From the NCBI GenBank assembly GCA_032128875.1, contig JAVLKG010000018.1:1-64000 (forward strand): a stretch of 64,000 nt of DNA. Reading direction: 5' to 3'. The translations under genes were made by a program, and so were the position numbers. Shown here piece by piece: positions 1 to 9,495 of the stretch (position 1 is the stretch's first letter; each line of letters opens with the position of its first letter). The notes below the pieces were generated by a model that worked only from the letters and a program-made list of their open reading frames with translations, made no database searches and was not told where the DNA came from. The stretch is from Candidatus Melainabacteria bacterium 17Bon1m. GTDB lineage: Bacteria; Cyanobacteriota; Vampirovibrionia; Obscuribacterales; Obscuribacteraceae.

Positions 1-285
1 CTCTGCTGTCTGCTGCCGCAGCGGAGCCGTAGCCGTTGCAAGGCTGCGGGCTAATTGACGTCCGACAGGAAATCTACTGTTCGAATGAATAACTATAAAA
101 CATAGTAAAACGCCGAAAAAGACAAATCGACGAGGATGAAAGCTGCCCGGGAACGGTGCGTGCTCACATCCAAGTCGATCCGCCCGAAACCGGCAGAGTC
201 AGTCAAACGCTCTTGCGAACGAATGCTGCTCTGCCGGCTCATTTCGAAGGTCCTTCGTTTCCCAAGCTGTTACGCCGGGGTTACG

Positions 286-1431
286 TTAGTCCTTCTTACC
301 TTTTCGCTTGCCCGAGGCAAACTGAGAAGCCTCCCGCTTGGTGTCGCGACCAAGCGTTTCGGAGACCTTCAGCTGAGCACCGTGGGGTGCCGTGGTTGCC
401 TTGTCCTCGAGATAGACCTTGCCGCGGATGAGCAGCTGCAGGCGGCCGTCCGACTTGCTGGGCAAGAACGGAGCGACGCGACCGTGCAACAGCCCGCCCT
501 CGCCGACGATCCACGAGCCGATGGAGCTCGCCCGGCGATGGTAGTCGCCGAGGTGACCGTTGCGATTGCGGTCCCACATGTAGCCGACCTGGAACTTCAT
601 GATCTCCTTGACCACGAGCTCCGGGAAGTTGCTATCGCTGCGGGTTTCCCACGCGCTGCCCGACTTGCCGTCGACAGCCATGATCACGCCGTAGCCGGTC
701 TGCTCCCACTGAACGTGAGGAGCGTCGCCGGGCTGACGACGACGGAAGCCGCCGATCGTCACGATCGTGTTGTTGTTGACGAGGATGCCGGCGCCGAAAG
801 GCAGGACCTGGATGTTGTCCGACCCGGTCAGCCCGAACGCTTCCTCGATCTTCTCAGGCAGGTTGATGCTGAGCGTCGAGGGCATGTCCGTGGCTTCGGG
901 GTTGTTGGCAGTCCAGTTGTCCAGGACGCGCTTGGTCGTGTGCGCTTCCTCGAACATGTCGTGCTCGTTCGGCAGGCCCAGGTTGATGTGCGACGGAATG
1001 TAGAACAGCTGCACACCCGGCATCGCGAAACGCCGGATGAACTTGCCGCACTGCTTCCAGAAGTACATCATCCGCTTGTCGTAGCCGCGCTGCTTGAGCG
1101 CGTCCTTCACGACCTGCGGATCGTCCTGGACGTGGATGAAGTTCATCTCCTTGTTCCAGAGAGACTTCGCCGACTCTTCGTCGACCACCGGACCGAGCAT
1201 GACGACGTGCACGGTGTTACCCGTGAACGCCGCCTGCTTGGACAGGTCCTTGATGTGGCGCAGAGTCATCTGCACCTTGCTCTCGTCGTGGACCGGAAAC
1301 AGCAGGTTTCCGACCACGACCAGCTGATCACCCTTCTTCATGTCGAGGCCGTAGATGCCGGCTTCGAACAGAGACTGTACGGGGTGTTCCCGGACGGTGA
1401 TCTGTTTGAACGAGTTGTTCTTCTTGGCCAT
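286..1431 (-). CDS. Catalytically degenerate paralog of the calcineurin-like metallophosphoesterase at 2260-3282
   Basis: Aligns by eye, colinearly, with the 340-aa protein: NSFKQITVR/NLFKQITYK, GIYGLDMKKGDQLVVVGNLLFPVHD/GIMPLNLPDGIRLVVLPDIHAPAHN, VMLGPVVD/IFIGDSTD, GAGILVNNNTIVTIGG/GGCIILNDQIRLIHG, GYGVIMAVDGK/GQSVMHGHSHR. The metal ligands are replaced. GGAGG SD present; starts 2 nt after the upstream stop. Confidence 0.75.
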   Translation of the reverse strand: MAKKNNSFKQITVREHPVQSLFEAGIYGLDMKKGDQLVVVGNLLFPVHDESKVQMTLRHIKDLSKQAAFTGNTVHVVMLGPVVDEESAKSLWNKEMNFIHVQDDPQVVKDALKQRGYDKRMMYFWKQCGKFIRRFAMPGVQLFYIPSHINLGLPNEHDMFEEAHTTKRVLDNWTANNPEATDMPSTLSINLPEKIEEAFGLTGSDNIQVLPFGAGILVNNNTIVTIGGFRRRQPGDAPHVQWEQTGYGVIMAVDGKSGSAWETRSDSNFPELVVKEIMKFQVGYMWDRNRNGHLGDYHRRASSIGSWIVGEGGLLHGRVAPFLPSKSDGRLQLLIRGKVYLEDKATTAPHGAQLKVSETLGRDTKREASQFASGKRKGKKD

Positions 1432-1433
1432 GG

Positions 1434-2195
1434 TTATTTACCTCCTGTCCCGACGATCTGGCCGTTGGCTTCCAGAGCGTCAAAGAACGCGATGATATTG
1501 TCCGCCACGACCTTCCACGTGTCCTCGGGCTTGGCCTGAGGGTCGACGCGGAGGATACCCGGGATGCCCGAGCTCTTGTTGTAGGCGGTGGGGTACAGAA
1601 TTGCACCGAGCCCCTTCTCGGCGACGTCGCACGCGGTGGCGAGGCGATCCTCGATGATCAGCGGGATTTTGACCCCCTGGTCGAGCATGTGCCACGACTT
1701 GCCGTGAGTGCTGACGAAAACGATGTCGTTCTCGTCGATGGGGAAGCCGAGCTGCTTCAGCAGATTCTTCGTCGCCAGTCGAGCGGCACCCGTGTTGTGC
1801 GGGAGCGCGTCGGTCGGCTGATGGTCGCTGGCGCCCGGAACGTAGGTCATCACCTCGATCTCGATGCCCGCAGCGCGGATGCGCTTGAGCTGCTCGATGG
1901 CGCCCGGAATCGCGGGAAGCGAACCGTAACCGCCCTTGGTCAGGTGGATGAACTTGTTGAGCGCACGCTCGAACTCGATGTAGCCGATCTTGGAATCGGG
2001 GTCGCCCGCAGCATGGTAGTTGTTGCGGTTCGGGTTCATCGAGGCGCCCGGATAGAGCTCGCCGAGGAACTTGCCGAAAGGACCGTCGAAGTCGAGAACG
2101 GTTCCGTGCAGATCGAGACCGATCCGCTTGCGGAAATTGCGGCCGCACTGGAGGATTTCCGCAGGCGGCCAGGATTTCTGAGTTTTCGTACTCAT
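1434..2195 (-). CDS. HAD-superfamily hydrolase, 5'(3')-deoxyribonucleotidase-like
   Basis: Motif I IGLDLHGTVLDF (DxD changed to DxH), motif II VMT, motif III K (HGKS), motif IV IEDR. Start placed at ATG 2195 behind an AAAGGAG SD. Confidence 0.7.
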   Translation of the reverse strand: MSTKTQKSWPPAEILQCGRNFRKRIGLDLHGTVLDFDGPFGKFLGELYPGASMNPNRNNYHAAGDPDSKIGYIEFERALNKFIHLTKGGYGSLPAIPGAIEQLKRIRAAGIEIEVMTYVPGASDHQPTDALPHNTGAARLATKNLLKQLGFPIDENDIVFVSTHGKSWHMLDQGVKIPLIIEDRLATACDVAEKGLGAILYPTAYNKSSGIPGILRVDPQAKPEDTWKVVADNIIAFFDALEANGQIVGTGGK

Positions 2196-2259
2196 AGTTT
2201 TCTCCTTTGGTGTGGCGAGGCGGACGAGCAGCGAATGCTGCCGCCCCGCCACCGCCTGG

Positions 2260-3282
2260 TTAGTCCTCGGTGACGAATTCGCGATCCTGGAACCAGAACG
2301 AATACCGCAAGCGGTTGTCGTGCAGGGCCTGGATGATCGGAATCAGCTCGAGGTTGACGGTGCCGCCGATGACCTCACCAGCCGCGAAGCCGGGGTGACC
2401 ATTGGACAGCAGGTTGTGATACGACATCTCCGCGCGGTTCGGGTTGGCCAAGAAGCCAATCTCCTGCGCGGAAAGCACTTCGGTCAGGGTCTCACGGTGG
2501 TTCTCACCGAAGCGGTGGGAGTGACCGTGCATGACGCTCTGGCCGAGCTGGTCGGTGAACACACGGGGGCTGCCGCCGGCGCGGGGGCGCAGAGGCAGAC
2601 CGTGGATCAGACGAATCTGATCGTTCAGGATGATGCAGCCGCCATAACCACCGAAACCACGCTCGTCAGTGACGAAAGTGATCTTTTCCGAGCCGTCGCC
2701 CTTGTAGCCGAGCAGCTTGGAGTAGTTCATGAGGGGCTCCTGGCTGTCCATGTCGACCAGCGTGGAGATCTGCGGAGCGACTGCGCTCAGGAAGGAGTTG
2801 GTGCGGTTCTCGTGGTTACCCTCGGTTTCGAAGGCCCAGAGACAGCCGCTCACCTTGATGAGGCGGTCGTGCAACTCGCGCGACTCCTCCAGTTCCTGCA
2901 TCGCGTTGTAACCCTGCCGGGGAGGCTTGGGCCAGCGCGAGAGGAAGAAGAAGTCGGTGCTGTCGCCGATGAAGATCAGGATGTGCGGACGATATTCCGC
3001 CAGGAACTGCTCGATGGCCCACAGCCACTGCTTGTTGTGCGCAGGGGCATGGATGTCGGGCAGAACCACGAGGCGGATGCCGTCGGGCAGATTCAGGGGC
3101 ATGATGCCCTGGTAACGCAGGAAGCTTCGTTCGGAAAGCAGCGAGCTGCCACCGGTGGACGTCTTGTAAGTGATCTGCTTGAACAGATTCTCACGCGACG
3201 CGCTCGACTCGTTGAACATGCGAGTTCCGCGAGCGAGTTTGACAGCTTCCTCGATAGTTTTGGCTGTCATAAGCTTTGACAT
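2260..3282 (-). CDS. Calcineurin-like metallophosphoesterase
   Basis: All five motifs are present: DIH, GDSTD, GNHE, IHG, GHSH. AAGGAG SD. Confidence 0.9.
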   Translation of the reverse strand: MSKLMTAKTIEEAVKLARGTRMFNESSASRENLFKQITYKTSTGGSSLLSERSFLRYQGIMPLNLPDGIRLVVLPDIHAPAHNKQWLWAIEQFLAEYRPHILIFIGDSTDFFFLSRWPKPPRQGYNAMQELEESRELHDRLIKVSGCLWAFETEGNHENRTNSFLSAVAPQISTLVDMDSQEPLMNYSKLLGYKGDGSEKITFVTDERGFGGYGGCIILNDQIRLIHGLPLRPRAGGSPRVFTDQLGQSVMHGHSHRFGENHRETLTEVLSAQEIGFLANPNRAEMSYHNLLSNGHPGFAAGEVIGGTVNLELIPIIQALHDNRLRYSFWFQDREFVTED

Positions 3283-4041
3283 TTTGTGTCTCCTTCTTGC
3301 CTCGTTCCCGAGAGGCGAGTTTGGACTAGTGTTGAACAGTTAGCGCCTCTCAGTTAGGAGGCAGGAGTTCTCTCAGCAGCGGGCAAAGCACGAATCGGCG
3401 ACCTCCCATGCACCGCGAAGCAGTGAAGACGATGGGAGCGAGAAGTGCTATTTGCGAGCTATTTGGTTGGAACTGATGACCGAAACTGAGGGAAACGAAA
3501 AGGTAATTTCAGGCTAGATAAATCACCTATGCTGTAGCAAGTCTTGAAAAGCTTATAGAAGCTTAGTTTCGAGATCTAAAACTAGAGCTTAGCGAGGCTG
3601 AACTAGGATCGTTATTATGGGTAGTCAACAGGAAATCTTCACGGGCTTTATGTTTTGAGGATTCTCACCTCATGGCAACCTGAAAACGCTGTAATGTTGG
3701 GCTTGTCCAGCTTTCGCCTTGATAGTTGGCCCAGCTTCGCGCACGTCTTCAAACATCACGCGGCTGATCACTAAGGGCAATTTTTATCTGCAGCTCATAA
3801 ATACCCATGACATCTGCCCGAAAACGATCTCTTATAGGGTTTTCTAGCGTTAGTAGTAAGAGTCACTTTTCTCGTTTTTTGCCTGCATATTTGGTGGCAA
3901 AAATGACGGTTTTCTGGAGAACAATTTCGTGAAAGCTTTCAACGAAAAACCAAAAGCTCCAGCCAACAAAATTTGCCCCTCACTTTCACTGCCGAAAGTA
4001 GGTACCAAAAACACGTCACTCGGTTTTTAAAATAAACAGTA

Positions 4042-5028
4042 TTAGCTGATCGGTCCAGTCGGAGGTGGAGACTGCTGTGTTTTCCACAAACCATCTCTTG
4101 GGCTCGGTTCTTGAGATTGCTCTTTCATTTTCGTAAGCATCGCCATTTCTTCCGGTGTCATCTTTTGTGGGAAGACAACATCGATAGTGACTAGTTGGTC
4201 GGCACCGGCCAGTCCAAGACCCTTGAGACGATAGACCCGTCCCGGGTGTGTGAGCGGCTGGATCTTCATAACCACTTTGCCTGTGGCAGTTGGTATCTCG
4301 ATTTCTGCACCTAGCAGCGCTTCGTAAAGGGTTACTGGAACAGTGACAGTAATGTCCCGACCTAGAACACCCAGCACTGGGTGGGGCATTATCTTCACTT
4401 TGAGGATGAGGTCGCCTTGACTCTTTGCGCGGATATCATAGCGACCACAGCCTGGACGGCGGATCTCCATACCATCGTATGTGCCAGCCGGAAGGTCCAC
4501 ATCGGTAACTCTTTCTACGTTGAAATAGCCAAGACCGCGGCAGTTTTGACACTGCATCCGATTGACCGTTTTCATCGCATTGCATTGTTCACAAGGTCTC
4601 GGATCGCTGAGCCGGATCTCTCTGGTGCAGCCTTTCATCGCCTCTTTGAGAGTGATTTCGCACTCCAACTCAACCGCTAGCGCGGCGGCCTTAATCCCAC
4701 CGGTTTGCATTCCCGAAGGTTCTTGGGGCTTTTCGGCGTTTTTCTGCCACAGGTTGCGCAGGTCGCCCATGCTCTGACGCAGTTGTGCGCTGTTTCTGTC
4801 ATAGTCAGCACGCATTCTAGGATCCATCAAAACTTCGTACGCATCGCAGATCTCGCGGAAGTTTTTGATCATGATGTCAGGGTCCATACCGCTGATATTT
4901 ACGTGTGGACCGAACTTTTCGTACAGCTGTTCGTAAGCGGACTGAATCTCGCGCGAAGTCGCATCCGGGCGGACACCGAGGATGTAGTAATAATCCTTCT
5001 GGGTTTGAGTTTTACTCTGTTCCACCAT
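4042..5028 (-). CDS. DnaJ/CbpA-like co-chaperone with an atypical J domain
   Basis: KDYYYILGV J-domain start and AYEVLMDP..RADYD. Two CxxC motifs (CEQC, CQNCRGLG). DnaJ C-terminal domain (GDLILKV, VPVTLYEALLG, YRLKGLG). HPD is replaced by GPH. Confidence 0.85.
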   Translation of the reverse strand: MVEQSKTQTQKDYYYILGVRPDATSREIQSAYEQLYEKFGPHVNISGMDPDIMIKNFREICDAYEVLMDPRMRADYDRNSAQLRQSMGDLRNLWQKNAEKPQEPSGMQTGGIKAAALAVELECEITLKEAMKGCTREIRLSDPRPCEQCNAMKTVNRMQCQNCRGLGYFNVERVTDVDLPAGTYDGMEIRRPGCGRYDIRAKSQGDLILKVKIMPHPVLGVLGRDITVTVPVTLYEALLGAEIEIPTATGKVVMKIQPLTHPGRVYRLKGLGLAGADQLVTIDVVFPQKMTPEEMAMLTKMKEQSQEPSPRDGLWKTQQSPPPTGPIS

Positions 5029-5202
5029 CGGCCTTCGGGCCCCTATCTCCTAGTACTGGAGATGCCACGCGTTGGCAGAAAATTCCTGCGTTCACGTACG
5101 CAACTGACAAAATTTGCTTCATAGGCAACATGATACACATGAATCACGAATTTACGACCCGCAAGCCCCTCGAAATTAGGTGCTTTTTGTACGATGGTCA
5201 TT

Positions 5203-5376
5203 GTTTCAAACATCGTAGGGGACGCGCATGCGCGTCCCTGACAGGGAGCCGCATGCGGCTCCCTTACGAGAGGAGATACCGCGTTTCAAACATTGTAGGG
5301 GACGCGCATGCGCGTCCCTGACAGGGAGCCGCATGCTGCTCCCCTACGAAAGGAGATACCGCTCCCCTACGAGAGG
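5203..5376. repeat. Two tandem 80-bp units (plus a partial third), each a REP-like double palindrome
   Basis: 5203-5282 and 5283-5362 are nearly identical. Each is GTAG-GGGACGCGCATGCGCGTCCC followed by GGGAGCCGCATGCGGCTCCC-(T/C)TAC. Confidence 0.85.
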
Positions 5377-5390
5377 AATTTTCCAAGTCT

Positions 5391-5424
5391 AAAAAGCACA
5401 AAGGAACCGCAAGCGGCTCCTTTG
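5391..5424 (-). terminator. Intrinsic terminator downstream of nrdJ and the GGAA-rich tract
   Basis: Minus strand reads CAAAGGAGCCGC-TT-GCGGTTCCTTTG followed by TGCTTTTT. Confidence 0.6.
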
Positions 5425-5600
5425 CAATGTTTCCAGCAGAACCTGAATTCCAGAGTTTCCGAGATTCCTGCAGTGTGTCTTGAGTTTCCTAGAGATACCT
5501 ACAGATTCCTAGAGTTTCCTAGATTCCTAGAGATTCCTAGATTCCGGGCTTCCAGTTTTCCGGTTTTCCCAGCCAACGCCTTTGTGGGCTGCCTGCCGGC
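5391..5600 (-). ncRNA. Candidate GGA-rich (CsrB/RsmZ-like) RNA or repetitive nrdJ 3' UTR
   Basis: 13 GGAA tetramers on the minus strand within 5431-5569, mostly as CTAGGAATCT or CTAGGAAACT. Bounded by a hairpin (5605-5640) and a terminator. Confidence 0.4.
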
Positions 5601-5604
5601 TTCG

Positions 5605-5640
5605 GCATGAGAGGGGAGGCGCTGCCTCCTCCCTCATGCC
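5605..5640. other. Strong hairpin just after the nrdJ stop codon
   Basis: GGCATGAG..GGAGGC-GCT-GCCTCC..CTCATGCC inverted repeat with no U-tract. Confidence 0.6.
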
Positions 5641-5653
5641 TGAAGAGTGTTGA

Positions 5654-8600
5654 CTATCCGCACTTACTGAAGCCGCAGCCCTGGCAAACCATGCAGCCGT
5701 CGATCTTCAGCCAATCACCAGCTCCGCATTTGCTGCAGGTAGCAAGCGACCGAGCGCTTCCAGTCAGTTCTGTATTGCTCGCCTCAATCGTCATTGCCGG
5801 TTGCTGATGACTTACAGCTTGGGCAAGATTTTCCATCACTTTAGCTTCGGCATGCTTAGAGTGAACGCGGCGATAGTGTTGAATTGCCTTTGCCAATCCA
5901 TCGCAAGGCGATTGAACCACAACGGGTTTTTCAGCATCACTGAATTTGAACCAAGCCGGATATCCGGACTGGATGTTCACCAACTGGTGAACAATGGTGT
6001 CTTCGACTTTGGCGCGTTCTTCTTCACCAAATTCTGCTGCGTAGCGCAGGAATGCTGAAGACAGACGTCCAACTGCTTCGAAAAGACCAGATTCAACCGC
6101 TCCCGGTTTGCCCATGCGAGCGTAAATTTCAACTAGCTCGCCAGGTCTTGTGGTTTCATGGTTGAGGCTGACGTGCAAGGTCGAGTTTCCGTCCGGCGCT
6201 CCTACTCTTACTTTGTAGGTTTGACCGCAAGTTTCTTCCGTCTCGATATTGCGACGCTCGAAGTGTCCGAGCAGAGTCAGCAAATCGAATTCGCGCTCGT
6301 AGTCTTCTTTGGCGATCTTCTCGACCGGCTGACTCAATCTGGAGCCGTCCGGATAGAAGGTGATGTCTTTGACGCCAAGGCTCCATGCCAACATAGTCGA
6401 GTCGTAGACTGCTTGTTCGCTTGAATCCAGAGGAATCGAGCAGGTGTTCGAAACCGAGTTGAACGTTTCCGGAAACTCTTCTGCACCTTTGTGTATTGCA
6501 GAGAGGTGGCGGATGTACGCTTCGGGCTCGATCTCAACACGGATCGGAAATGCCTTTTGCACTTCTTCCGGAACTTCCGCAATGCCCTGGCAGGACTTGT
6601 GGTTGTTGCGGATCTTCTTCATCAGCGCGGTTTGTTCGTCTTCGGTTTTCGGCCATGCGCCTGCTTTTTCCATAGCTTCCTTGAAGCCCGGAGCAACGAA
6701 GTCGACGAAGCGCGAGCGAACTTTTCTAGAGAAAACGATGCCGTTGTGCGGATCTACGCCCCAGCTTGTTTGCAGAGCTTGCGCAAGTGTTCCTGTCGGA
6801 GCATTGTTTGTCATGCAGGAGTTGCGTACGCGCAGATTTTTCTTTTGGAATCTGGAGCCTTCCCAAAGCGGGTAGACGCCGCGTTCTTTCGCCATTTCCA
6901 CTGACGCTTCGGTTGATGCTTTGGTGTATTCGCGGAAGAGTGATTCAGTCGCGTCCAGAGCCTCGGCGCTGCCGAAAGTATGACCGAGCCTGGAGAGATA
7001 TTCCGCAATACCGGCGAATCCGCCGCCATTACGTCTCTCCATGCGTGCAGTCATATTTTGCGCTGGGATAGGATACCAACTGACGTCAGTTACGTTGTCC
7101 ATGAAGCGCTGTTGAACGCGTGCTACCGCGCGCATCGCTTGCATGTTGTAAGTGCCGTCCGGGTTCCAGAATTCTTCATGGGCAGCATGCATAGAGGAGA
7201 GGTTGCAGTTGCCCATGTATGTACGACCGTCTTTACCCGGTCCGGCAGGCAAGAATTGCTCGCCGCAAGGGTTGCATGTGGTGAGGTCGTAGGCATGGTC
7301 ATTCGCGTTGGCGTTGTTGACTGCTTCGTAGAAAGCAATGCCCGGTTCACCTGAATCGCGCATGCCTTCAACGATGCGTTGGAAAACTTCTGGTGCATAG
7401 AAATGCGATTGGACGCGAACATAGCGATCCGTGATTTCTACGACGGCGTTTCTGACCTGGCGAGCGGCATCGAGAGACTCGGGATATTTGATGATGTCTA
7501 CCGCGTACTCTTCATATGTAGGCTCTTTGGTCAATTTGTTGACCTTGATGGCGCCGGTCTTCTCGTCCATGATCGGTTTTCTTGGATCGTAGACAGGACC
7601 AGTCCAGGCTTCTTTCATGAATGTGCATTGGAAGAAACGCTTGTCTCTTACAGCTTCCATAAAGCCCGGCATCGCCAAAACTGTGATGTTTGTATTCTTC
7701 AAATAGTTTTGACGCTCGATGTACGAGTGGTACATTTCGCCGTATTGCTGTTCGGCAATAGACAGAATGCGCTTCTTGTACGACATCGAATCTTCGCCCG
7801 GATTTTGTTTTTGGTGGGCGAGCATGTCTTTATAGATGCTCGACAGGCTCGGCGGCGGGATCAGTTTCTTTTTGTCGATGAAGAACAAAATGTCCGGGTG
7901 ATCGGAGTTGCGCAATTCGATAAGCGCACCGCCGCGGCGTCCGCCCTGGGCAACTGCTTCTACAGCCTTGGCGATAGTCTTTTCATAGAAGCGGTCGGGT
8001 CCGGATGCAGCTGCGCCGTTGGAGATGATCGATGACCATGGACGCAAGGTCGAGGTGTTCAAGCCCATTCCCATGGCTGCTTTCGCTGCCAACGCTTCGA
8101 TGCGTGCGGCTTCCTGAATGCCTTCGAGGCTGTCGACGACGTAGGCTACGCCGCAAGCCGCCAGGCAACCCGTGCCGCGCAGATTTGCTGCCAACTCGCC
8201 CATCTTCACTTCGTGGTCATTGAGCTTGGCCACGTTGTTATTGATGACTGCGTGTCTCAGTTCTTCAGAACGGCTCCAGATATCTTCTTCTTTGATCTGA
8301 GCAATTTTTCCGTGTGCCCAGTACTTAAGTACGTTGAGGGAAACGGCTGGATCAGCGTTGATGTTGGCTGGGGTGTTAGCCCAGAAACGCTGGGTGCCGA
8401 TGGATTCGGAGAACGTTTGCGCCCATTGAATTACTTTGGGGTGCTTGAGCGCCTGCTCGAGAGTGATTTCGGTCAATTCTTGGGGGGAGAGAACATACTT
8501 GAGTTCGGCAATCGCCACAGACGTTGACACTCTATGAATGATGTCGTTGACCGTTTCGATCGGCTGACCGGTCTTCGAATCACGCTTTGCATACAAGCCA

Positions 8601-8725
8601 ACGAGAGTCTCTTGCGTAGACTCCCAATAACGGTGAGTGTAGTCCTCCTTATCTGACTTTGTTTGACCAGGGGCAGCGGCCTGGGCAGGAGAGTTTGATT
8701 TCAATTCCTTTTGAACTGTCATCAT
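5654..8725 (-). CDS. nrdJ: Adenosylcobalamin-dependent (class II) ribonucleotide reductase
   Basis: LAAC, QGGRRG, GEPG, NPCGEQ (thiyl radical Cys), CNLSS, APTGT, ITFYPDGSR. C-terminal TSCPD-like domain ending in a CxxC/CxxCGFSKCG ribbon. Confidence 0.93.
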   Translation of the reverse strand: MMTVQKELKSNSPAQAAAPGQTKSDKEDYTHRYWESTQETLVGLYAKRDSKTGQPIETVNDIIHRVSTSVAIAELKYVLSPQELTEITLEQALKHPKVIQWAQTFSESIGTQRFWANTPANINADPAVSLNVLKYWAHGKIAQIKEEDIWSRSEELRHAVINNNVAKLNDHEVKMGELAANLRGTGCLAACGVAYVVDSLEGIQEAARIEALAAKAAMGMGLNTSTLRPWSSIISNGAAASGPDRFYEKTIAKAVEAVAQGGRRGGALIELRNSDHPDILFFIDKKKLIPPPSLSSIYKDMLAHQKQNPGEDSMSYKKRILSIAEQQYGEMYHSYIERQNYLKNTNITVLAMPGFMEAVRDKRFFQCTFMKEAWTGPVYDPRKPIMDEKTGAIKVNKLTKEPTYEEYAVDIIKYPESLDAARQVRNAVVEITDRYVRVQSHFYAPEVFQRIVEGMRDSGEPGIAFYEAVNNANANDHAYDLTTCNPCGEQFLPAGPGKDGRTYMGNCNLSSMHAAHEEFWNPDGTYNMQAMRAVARVQQRFMDNVTDVSWYPIPAQNMTARMERRNGGGFAGIAEYLSRLGHTFGSAEALDATESLFREYTKASTEASVEMAKERGVYPLWEGSRFQKKNLRVRNSCMTNNAPTGTLAQALQTSWGVDPHNGIVFSRKVRSRFVDFVAPGFKEAMEKAGAWPKTEDEQTALMKKIRNNHKSCQGIAEVPEEVQKAFPIRVEIEPEAYIRHLSAIHKGAEEFPETFNSVSNTCSIPLDSSEQAVYDSTMLAWSLGVKDITFYPDGSRLSQPVEKIAKEDYEREFDLLTLLGHFERRNIETEETCGQTYKVRVGAPDGNSTLHVSLNHETTRPGELVEIYARMGKPGAVESGLFEAVGRLSSAFLRYAAEFGEEERAKVEDTIVHQLVNIQSGYPAWFKFSDAEKPVVVQSPCDGLAKAIQHYRRVHSKHAEAKVMENLAQAVSHQQPAMTIEASNTELTGSARSLATCSKCGAGDWLKIDGCMVCQGCGFSKCG

Positions 8726-9495
8726 TGCGGCGGTTCCCTTCTATGGAATGTGTGTGTGATTGTGTTGGTTGAAAGCTGCAAATGCAGACACAGAGACGCT
8801 GCTGCGCCACGAAGAGCCCCCATTTAGAGGGCTATTCGTTGGCTTGGCTTGCAGCAAACCCAATATGTCTAAATACGCGCTGACTTCGCCCTTGTGACTA
8901 TGCAGTGCATGTCCGGGCTTTATCTGCCAGCTAGAGTGGGGGACCACTCGATTCGCAAAATTTCGTTGTGATTACGATACTACCGATAGCGTCATGAGGG
9001 CAAGCGGAAATTTTGAAGGAATTCGAAACACAGTCTGAAAACCATTGGGAGACAAGCGTTTCCGGTTGGATTAGAAATAGCGCTTGGAAACCATGGGTGG
9101 TGGCACTACACTAGATATGCTTTCGATCTCGCACCTCGAAACCCCTGCCAGTTCAGGGTTCCAGAGTCCGATATATGCGGTATGGATCTTTCTGGCGTCC
9201 AATAAACCTCTGGTGTGACTGTATATGTGGTGGCACAAGTTAATATGCTGGGCCTCTATAAGCGTCCAATAATCAAGGGTTTCCGGCGTTTGATACCACT
9301 TCAAAATGAGCTGCTGATAATACAACCGCGAGTGGTGGCACTTCGGAAATTGATCGCATATATATTCTGGTGTAGATCTGTTTGTATTTGATATTCAAAG
9401 GCGCACGGTGCCTGGGAATCTGTGAGCCACTTAATGCTGCGCGCTGGTTGAGTTTTTGAATTCCTGCATCTCAGCATCGCTCGTGGTGTTGTGTT

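Noticed and set aside
136-1539. 467-aa plus-strand ORF (also 2212-3279)
   Set aside because: Antisense shadow of GC-rich minus-strand genes that have SDs and recognisable motifs.
5203-5545. Possible CRISPR array
   Set aside because: The repeats are contiguous with no unique spacers, and no cas genes are present.
8726-9100. Cobalamin riboswitch ahead of nrdJ
   Set aside because: No recognisable B12-box or conserved core seen.
9105-9375. NrdR-box-like words upstream of nrdJ (e.g. ACACTAGATATGCTT, ACTGTATATGTGGTG)
   Set aside because: Each misses a conserved position and they lie 380-650 bp from the start. Plausible, but not supportable without a PWM scan.
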